This document shows, one piece after another, positions 33,415 to 38,615 of a stretch of DNA of 38,615 nt. The translations under genes were made by a program, and so were the position numbers. Location of the stretch: positions 1-38,615 of the IMG/VR virus record IMGVR_UViG_3300002461_000316; one strand, written 5' to 3'. Every line of letters begins with the position of its first letter. Within the stretch, counting starts at the first letter, position 1. The stretch comes from a virus. The notes beneath the pieces are model-generated. The model was not told where the DNA came from. It made no database searches and saw only the letters and a list, made by a program, of their open reading frames with translations.

Positions 33415-33457
33415 CACACGACGGGTGTTGACACGACTACACCGCGTGTGTTCTAAT
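33415..33457 (+). promoter_or_regulatory. pL-like early promoter with an operator copy
   Basis: TTGACA (33428-33433), 18 nt, then TCTAAT (33452-33457). Site B CACACgacGGGTGTT (33415-33429) has the same ends as site A in the immunity region and overlaps the -35. CACACG/CGTGTG arms (33415-33420 and 33445-33450) flank the promoter. Confidence 0.55.
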
Positions 33458-33499
33458 GAGCTCTCAGTCGCAGCCCGCGACGCAAACCGGAGAGCTCAG

Positions 33500-33952
33500 A
33501 TGGAAGGCAACCTGTACGTCACCAAGGAAGAAGTCGCAGCGCTCGTGAAGGCCAAGTTCGCCGGGAAGTTCCCTGGCCACGACATCACCATCGATCTCTG
33601 CAGCTACGGCAACACCCGCATCGAGATCAAGCCGTCCCTGCCGGCTGCCCCCGCCCTCGTACCCGTCTCCGAAATGACCCTGGACTACGGGCTGACCCCC
33701 GCCGAGGCGCAACAGCACTACGTCGAGCTGAACGAAGAGGCGGCGCGCATCGCCCTGGCGCGCTGCCTGCGGGTCATCGCCGCCGCGGTGGACCACACCG
33801 ACGCCTACGAGCCGCTGACCAGCTTGGCTGACGACATCGAAGCGCAGGCCGAGCGGAACATCGAGCGCGCCGCAACCGACGAAGCCGAGCACGACTACGG
33901 CATGCGCACGTCGGCACGCTATCGCAAAGCGATGATTGGGGAGGCGGCATGA
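33500..33952 (+). CDS. Hypothetical early protein, 150 aa
   Basis: GGAGAG SD lies 5 nt upstream of ATG 33500, downstream of the promoter at 33428-33457. Confidence 0.55.
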   Translation: MEGNLYVTKEEVAALVKAKFAGKFPGHDITIDLCSYGNTRIEIKPSLPAAPALVPVSEMTLDYGLTPAEAQQHYVELNEEAARIALARCLRVIAAAVDHTDAYEPLTSLADDIEAQAERNIERAATDEAEHDYGMRTSARYRKAMIGEAA

Positions 33953-34275
33953 GCGACTGGACGCCGGGACCGTGGACTATTTATCCAGAAACAGATGGCA
34001 CAGAAATATGTGCTGTAACGATGGCACCGAAACTACCTATTCGGCAAGTCATCGCGCATCCGGTCAGAGGGGAGAACTGGATCGCCAACGCCCGCCTAAT
34101 CGCCGCCGCTCCGGATCTGCTGGCCTATGCGGAATGCGAAGAGGCTCGCGCGTGCTGTGAAGACATCGCTGAGACGGTACTGAAGCGCCACGGCTACAAG
34201 CCCGGCGAGTCGTCTCACGAATTCATGGACAAGATGCGCCGCGCCGCCCTCGCAAAAGCCAGGGGCGAATCATGA
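33949..34275 (+). CDS. Hypothetical early protein, 108 aa
   Basis: ATGA overlap. MSDWTPGPWTIYPETDGTEICAV...NARLIAAAPDLLAYAE. Confidence 0.55.
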   Translation: MSDWTPGPWTIYPETDGTEICAVTMAPKLPIRQVIAHPVRGENWIANARLIAAAPDLLAYAECEEARACCEDIAETVLKRHGYKPGESSHEFMDKMRRAALAKARGES

Positions 34276-34442
34276 TCGACACCCTCTGTTGGGCCTGCTC
34301 GACCTCGTACCCGATCCCGCATGCAGCCTGCCCGCACTGCGGCGCGACGAACCCGAACGTGGATCTGGAGCGCGCTTACCGTGAAATGGATGACCGGACG
34401 CTGATCGCGGAGCCGGCGTTACTTAGGAGACAAGCAGCATGA
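34272..34442 (+). CDS. Zinc-ribbon mini-protein, 56 aa (below the ORF-track cutoff)
   Basis: Hand translation: MIDTLCWACSTSYPIPHAACPHCGATNPNVDLERAYREMDDRTLIAEPALLRRQAA. It has CxxC...CxxC and ATGA-type overlaps on both sides. Confidence 0.5.
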   Translation: MIDTLCWACSTSYPIPHAACPHCGATNPNVDLERAYREMDDRTLIAEPALLRRQAA

Positions 34443-34654
34443 TCACGCACCTCACGTTCCACCGCATGCCCGAAGACAAAGCCATGCACAGATCCGACAC
34501 CCTCCGCGAGCTGCCGACGCGCGTGCCGAGTGACGAGTTCGTCGAGATGCAGAAAGCACCGGGCGGGTTCTTCGTCATGCTGTTCTGGTCGGTCATCGGC
34601 GGCGCTTTGATCTGGGCGCTCGTGGTGCTTCTGCTCTCGTTGGGGAAGTCATGA
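34439..34654 (+). CDS. Small membrane protein, 71 aa
   Basis: C-terminal TM segment FFVMLFWSVIGGALIWALVVLLLSL. Confidence 0.5.
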   Translation: MITHLTFHRMPEDKAMHRSDTLRELPTRVPSDEFVEMQKAPGGFFVMLFWSVIGGALIWALVVLLLSLGKS

Positions 34655-35745
34655 GCGACATGATGAAGCCGTACATCGAGGTCGGCACCCTTCCCCGCGA
34701 GTCCTACATCGGCGGCCCCGATGCGGCGTGCGTGATGAACGTGAGCCCCTACCGCACGGCGGTCGACTGCTTCTTCAGCAAGGTCGACCCGCAGCCCGAG
34801 GTCATCAGCGAGGAGAAGCGCAAGTTCTTCCGCCGGCGCAAGCACCAGGAGCCGATCATCGCCGCGATGCTCGAGGAGGAGTACGGCATCGTCGTCACCC
34901 GGCTGTCGATCGACGAGCACCCGAACCGCTACCAGGACGTCGAGTACCCGTTCCTGGCCGCCGAGATCGACTTTGAGTTCCTGATGTCGCCCTCTGTGCG
35001 CCTGCGGTTCCCGGAGCGGCCCGACTTCCGCGCGATCCCCGACGGCACGCTGCTTGCCGGCGAGATCAAGACCGTCCACCCGTTCAGCGCCCACGAGTGG
35101 GGCGAGCAGGGATCTGAGGAGGTGCCTACGCACTACGCCGCGCAGGTCATGCACGGGCTGGGCATCACGCGGCGGCCGGCAGCTCTGGTGGTCGCCCTCT
35201 TCGGCCTCGACACCCTGATGGCGTTCCCGGTCATGGCTGACCAGGAGACGATCGACTTGATGCGCGCCGAATGCGTGAAGTTCTGGACCGAGAACGTCCT
35301 GAAGCGCGTGCCGCCGGACCCGGTCAACCTGGACGACATCAAGCGACTCTACACGTTCAAGGCGTCGCGCCCGTGCTACCTGACCGACGAAGTCCACCGG
35401 GCGCTCGTGCAGATGCAGCAGGCGAGGGACACGATCAACGCGATGAAGGGCGACATTTCGTACCTCGAGCTCATCGTCGCCAAGCACATCGCCAACGCCT
35501 GGGGCAAGCCGCTGCTCGATGACGACGGCAAGGTCGAGATTGAGGCCGACGAGGAGGCGATCCTGTACCTGGGAGACGCCGAGGTCGGCAGCTGGAAGCG
35601 TCAGCGCGGCACGTACCTCGACCAGAAGAGTCTGGCCGCAGACAGGCCCGAGCTCGTCCACGCCTACACCGTCGAGCACCACTACCGGGTCTTGCGGCTC
35701 AAGAAGCCGAAGGCCACATCGAAGTCCAACCGGAAAGGGAAGTAA
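34651..35745 (+). CDS. YqaJ-type (lambda Exo-like, PD-(D/E)xK) recombination exonuclease, 364 aa
   Basis: IGGPDAACVMNVSPYRTAVDCF matches the YqaJ N-terminal motif (G-x-S/P-D-a-a-x-i-x-x-x-S-P-Y-x-T). AAEIDFEF and LAGEIKTV supply D...ExK. It lies directly upstream of recT. Confidence 0.75.
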   Translation: MSDMMKPYIEVGTLPRESYIGGPDAACVMNVSPYRTAVDCFFSKVDPQPEVISEEKRKFFRRRKHQEPIIAAMLEEEYGIVVTRLSIDEHPNRYQDVEYPFLAAEIDFEFLMSPSVRLRFPERPDFRAIPDGTLLAGEIKTVHPFSAHEWGEQGSEEVPTHYAAQVMHGLGITRRPAALVVALFGLDTLMAFPVMADQETIDLMRAECVKFWTENVLKRVPPDPVNLDDIKRLYTFKASRPCYLTDEVHRALVQMQQARDTINAMKGDISYLELIVAKHIANAWGKPLLDDDGKVEIEADEEAILYLGDAEVGSWKRQRGTYLDQKSLAADRPELVHAYTVEHHYRVLRLKKPKATSKSNRKGK

Positions 35746-35747
35746 CC

Positions 35748-36707
35748 ATGTCCACCCAAGCACTGAAGACCGTCGCACAGAAGACAGCCGTCGCGGAGAA
35801 GCCGAAGGATTTCCCTGCGATGCTCAACGCATGGCTGCCCGAGATCCAGCGGGCGCTGCCGAAGCACCTGTCGGCAGAGCGCATCGCGCGAGTCGCCCTG
35901 ACGGCGTTCCGCCGCAACCCGAAACTCGGAGAGTGCGATCCCCGCTCCGTGTTCGCCGCGGTGCTCCAGGCTGCGCAGCTGGGCCTCGAGATCGACACCC
36001 TGGGGCGCGCGTACCTCGTGCCCTACGAGAAGCGTCAGAAGGTCGGGAACCGCTGGCAGACCGTCGGCGTCGAGTGCCAGTTCATCCCCGGCTGGAAGGG
36101 GCTCATCGACCTGATGAACCGCAGTGGCGATGGCACCGTCTGGACGGGCGCGGTCTTTTCCGGCGACGAGTTCGACTGGCAGCTGGGCGACAGCCCGTTC
36201 GTCAGGCACATCCCCCGCGGCGAGCTCGATCCGCTGCGCATGACGCACGTGTATGCGGTCGGCCGGGTGAAGGGTTCCGATTGGCCGATCATCGAGGTGT
36301 GGCCCGTCGAGAAGATCTGGAAGCACCGCGACCGCTACAACAAGGTCGGGGACAGGCACTACTCGTTCACCAACCCCGAGATGTACGCGCGCAAGGTGCC
36401 GCTGCTACAGGTGCTCAAGTACATGCCCTGCTCGACCGAGCTCTCGAGGGCAATCGCGGCCAACGATGACGCCGAGATGAGCCGGCAGAACGTCAATCTA
36501 CACGACGCGATCCAGGGCGAGTACACGCCCTCGGTCGACAACGGCAACGGCGGCGACGATCTGGAGTTCACGAAGGGCGACGCTCTGAAGATGATCGAAG
36601 ATGGTGATCTCAGTGGCGCCGAGCAGGTTGCGGCGACCCTGGACCTCGACGAGGCAAACGAGGTGCGCGCCGCGATCGATGCGGCGAAGGCTCCGAAGAC
36701 CGAGTAG
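35748..36707 (+). CDS. recT: RecT-family single-strand annealing protein, 319 aa
   Basis: PKLGECDPRSVFAAVLQAAQLGLEIDTLGRAYLVPYEKR is the conserved RecT core. It is paired with the exonuclease. Confidence 0.8.
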   Translation: MSTQALKTVAQKTAVAEKPKDFPAMLNAWLPEIQRALPKHLSAERIARVALTAFRRNPKLGECDPRSVFAAVLQAAQLGLEIDTLGRAYLVPYEKRQKVGNRWQTVGVECQFIPGWKGLIDLMNRSGDGTVWTGAVFSGDEFDWQLGDSPFVRHIPRGELDPLRMTHVYAVGRVKGSDWPIIEVWPVEKIWKHRDRYNKVGDRHYSFTNPEMYARKVPLLQVLKYMPCSTELSRAIAANDDAEMSRQNVNLHDAIQGEYTPSVDNGNGGDDLEFTKGDALKMIEDGDLSGAEQVAATLDLDEANEVRAAIDAAKAPKTE

Positions 36708-36713
36708 ACCAAC

Positions 36714-36788
36714 GGGTGCCCGGCCACGTCAGGACGCAGTGACGTAAAACCGCCGCGCAAACCTCCGGGTGTACCCGGCCGGGCGCCC
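36714..36788 (+). ncRNA. Candidate structured RNA element in the recT-downstream gap
   Basis: A 12-bp outer stem pairs gggtgcccggcc (36714-36725) with ggccgggcgccc (36777-36788), with one G-U pair. It encloses an acgtca/tgacgt hairpin (36726-36745). A competing ccggg-tgta-cccgg hairpin lies at 36765-36778. Confidence 0.35.
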
Positions 36789-36817
36789 ACCCCCACTTAC
36801 CCACAGGAGAAGTTGAT

Positions 36818-37069
36818 ATGAGCAGCAACCGGATTTACCTGATTCACCACTCAGCCGTACACGCAGACGGCGTTGCCGTTCAGACGCACCTCGTCGAGGC
36901 GCCGAACAAAGCGCAAGCAATATTGCACATCGTGCGGGAGCACATGTCGGCGCGGGTCGCCACGCAGAACGACCTGGTCATCTGGCTGCAGCGGGGGCTG
37001 AAGGTCCAGACCGTCTCGAGCCAGCCGGCCGAGATCGCCCCCGCCAACGAGCGCGACGCACGTGGATAG
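36818..37069 (+). CDS. Hypothetical early protein, 83 aa
   Basis: AGGAGAAG SD. MSSNRIYLIHHSAVHADGVAVQTHLVEAPNKAQAILHIV... Confidence 0.55.
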   Translation: MSSNRIYLIHHSAVHADGVAVQTHLVEAPNKAQAILHIVREHMSARVATQNDLVIWLQRGLKVQTVSSQPAEIAPANERDARG

Positions 37070-37421
37070 CAGAGACGCTCACCGCATCCTGCGGGCCAAT
37101 CGCAATCCCGCCGCCAACTCTCCCGCCGCAATTGCCGCATGCGCTGCGAGCGACGCGCCCCCGCCCCGCCCGGCGCCTGGAGAGATCGAGGCTCTCGCCC
37201 TGCAGCTGCACGACGAGCTCAACCTGCTGGCCGAAGACATCTCGCGTCTTCAAGGGCGCCTCGCCCCCGCGCTGTCCGAGGCAGAGCCAACCGACAAGAT
37301 TTCCAGCGAAGTGTTCGCAACCCCGAGGACTCCGCTGGGCGGGAGTCTTCGGTCAGCAATCAACTGGGTCGGAGCTCATCGGCAGGCGATCACCGACCTC
37401 ACCTTCCGGCTCGAGTTGTAG
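37062..37421 (+). CDS. Hypothetical early protein, 119 aa (GTG start, uncertain)
   Basis: GTG at 37062 overlaps the upstream gene by 8 nt. Pro/Ala-rich N-terminus, then a helical segment (EIEALALQLHDELNLLAEDISRLQGRL). Confidence 0.4.
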   Translation: MDSRDAHRILRANRNPAANSPAAIAACAASDAPPPRPAPGEIEALALQLHDELNLLAEDISRLQGRLAPALSEAEPTDKISSEVFATPRTPLGGSLRSAINWVGAHRQAITDLTFRLEL

Positions 37422-37453
37422 CCGGCCTGCACCTCCACATCAAGGACAACAGC

Positions 37454-38116
37454 ATGACCACCAAAGGCTTCAGGATCGTCGAGCAGGACGTCGAGTTCAC
37501 TCACATGAACACCCGACTCGAGAAGAACGGCCCCAACGAGAAAAAGAACGCCGTCGATCTCACGATGTCCATCCAGATGGAGAACGACGTCCTCGATTCG
37601 ATCCTGCCTGGACTGCGCACTGCGTTCTACGCCAAGCCGAGCAAGGATGACATCGGCGACCTGGCCGACCAGGGCAAGATCGATCGCCCGATCCGGCTGA
37701 AGTACCCCGCCCTCGCGGTCCAGTCCTTCGACAGCGAGTGGGTGAACTACACCCTGGCGTTCCACTACGGGATCGACGGGGAGAGCGACGTCGTCCTCGA
37801 GGACTGCACCGTCAAGAGCATGAAGATCGAGCTCCACGACGGTGGCACGGTCGACATCAACTGGAAGGTCGGAGCGCACCCGACCGACGACCAGTACGCT
37901 GTCCTGTCGGAGCGACTGCGCACCGGTAAGGTCCAGATCACCCTCGTGAAGGCCAAGCAGGTCGAGAAGCAGAAAGACCTGCTCGACAACGAGCCGGTGC
38001 CGAACCCGGTCGCCGCTGCGGCGAACGACGATGAGGTTCAGGCCGACTCGATGGCGGCAGCCCTGGCCGCACTGCCCGCCGATCAGCGGGCCGACGCAGC
38101 CTCGAGCCTGGGGTAG
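37454..38116 (+). CDS. Hypothetical early protein, 220 aa
   Basis: ATG at 37454 with AAGGA upstream. MTTKGFRIVEQDVEFTHMNTRLEKNGPNEKKNAVDLTMSIQ.... The 325-aa track ORF is an upstream extension. Confidence 0.55.
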   Translation: MTTKGFRIVEQDVEFTHMNTRLEKNGPNEKKNAVDLTMSIQMENDVLDSILPGLRTAFYAKPSKDDIGDLADQGKIDRPIRLKYPALAVQSFDSEWVNYTLAFHYGIDGESDVVLEDCTVKSMKIELHDGGTVDINWKVGAHPTDDQYAVLSERLRTGKVQITLVKAKQVEKQKDLLDNEPVPNPVAAAANDDEVQADSMAAALAALPADQRADAASSLG

Positions 38117-38118
38117 TC

Positions 38119-38355
38119 ATGGACAGGCCACGCTGCGTCACATGTGGGCGCTACTTCAAGCACGAGGCCGGCGTGGCGTGGCGAATGGTCTACTCGGGCG
38201 GCCCGCTGCCCGAGCCAGACCACGAGGCCTACCGTTGCCGGCCTTGCGTCGAGAAGGTCGGCCCGTTCGACCCGCAGCCGGGCATCAGGCCCGAGTTCTC
38301 CTGCGGCATCGTCAAAGAGATCGGGCACGTGGAGTCCTGGGAGGGAAGGCAGTGA
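38119..38355 (+). CDS. Zinc-ribbon-like small protein, 78 aa
   Basis: MDRPRCVTCGRYFKHE...YRCRPCVEKVG carries CxxC...CxxC. Confidence 0.5.
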   Translation: MDRPRCVTCGRYFKHEAGVAWRMVYSGGPLPEPDHEAYRCRPCVEKVGPFDPQPGIRPEFSCGIVKEIGHVESWEGRQ

Positions 38356-38594
38356 GCGAAGAACTGAGGAAGGCGGCGCGGGAGTTGATCAAGTCGCTTC
38401 GACGAGACGCCGATTGCCAGGCGATGGAATTTAACGGCGAAATTGAGGCAGTAGAAGCCGCCCTGGCCGCGACAGAGCCGTGCCCTACGTGCGGAGGTTT
38501 TCACCGGGACTGCGGACTGACAACGACGCCCCGCTCATGCTGCCGGTACACCCGAACGCCCAGGACGCGCTCAGAGCGATCCCGTTCACGGTGA
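38352..38594 (+). CDS. Small early protein whose 3' end reads out-of-frame into the integrase-stub / terminal repeat, 80 aa
   Basis: GTG at 38352 (GTGA overlap). VSEELRKAARELIKSLRRDADCQAMEFNGEIEAVEAALAATEPCPTCGGFHRDCG... continues as ...SCCRYTRTPRTRSERSRSR inside 38535..38594, in the +1 frame relative to the integrase stub. Confidence 0.45.
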   Translation: MSEELRKAARELIKSLRRDADCQAMEFNGEIEAVEAALAATEPCPTCGGFHRDCGLTTTPRSCCRYTRTPRTRSERSRSR

Positions 38595-38615
38595 GCGAGC
38601 AGAAGGTCTACGCGG
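38535..38615. repeat. Terminal exact direct repeat, right copy (identical to 1..81)
   Basis: Same 81-mer as 1..81. Implied unit length is 38,534 bp. This fits a circular or terminally redundant genome, or an attL/attR pair. Confidence 0.97.

Noticed and set aside
1-38615. A CRISPR array, a diversity-generating retroelement or retron, rRNA, IS elements, or T7-style physical terminal repeats.
   Set aside because: There is no regularly spaced repeat-spacer pattern, no reverse-transcriptase-like ORF (YxDD) in any frame I read, and no transposase. The 81-bp terminal repeat lies inside coding sequence, and the genome carries an HNH/terminase set. Non-coding T7-like DTR ends are therefore unlikely, though this is not excluded without end sequencing.

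Overview
The window is one unit of a high-GC (about 65% by eye, not computed) temperate-type, podovirus-like phage or prophage. Its first 81 bp (1..81) are repeated exactly as its last 81 bp (38535..38615), giving a 38,534-bp unit.

Minus strand, read right to left from about 32.6 kb:
- a Cro-like gene, an HTH gene, and a DUF1376-type replication gene with embedded iterons
- a RuvC-like resolvase
- terS, terL and an HNH endonuclease
- portal, scaffold and major capsid genes
- a low-GC two-gene insertion
- adaptor/nozzle-like tail genes and three internal-virion-type proteins
- a 2132-aa polyvalent-type giant protein, then tail fibre genes
- a lysis cassette

Plus strand, from 32.7 kb:
- a cI-like repressor
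- an early operon with a YqaJ-type exonuclease plus RecT
- several small zinc-ribbon and hypothetical proteins

That early operon runs into the right terminal repeat. At the left end there is only the C-terminal third of a tyrosine integrase (3..320), followed by a tRNA-Leu(UAA) 3' fragment, so the layout is attP-like. No complete recombinase, CRISPR array, reverse transcriptase or rRNA is visible.

Observations most worth follow-up:
1. The integrase stub, tRNA fragment and 81-bp repeat junction.
2. An opposite-strand three-gene cassette (29659..30426) behind a near-consensus promoter overlapped by two TGTCA-N5-TGACA inverted repeats and ending in a TrfB/KorA-like HTH gene. The layout is anti-defence (acr-aca)-like.
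3. The giant HExxH / PLxRFG-like virion protein, which carries a perfect 39-bp tandem duplication.
4. A low-GC orphan 497-aa gene inside the virion module.
5. A twin-arginine-signal mini-protein.

All functional calls come from reading the translations and motifs by eye. No database search was run.
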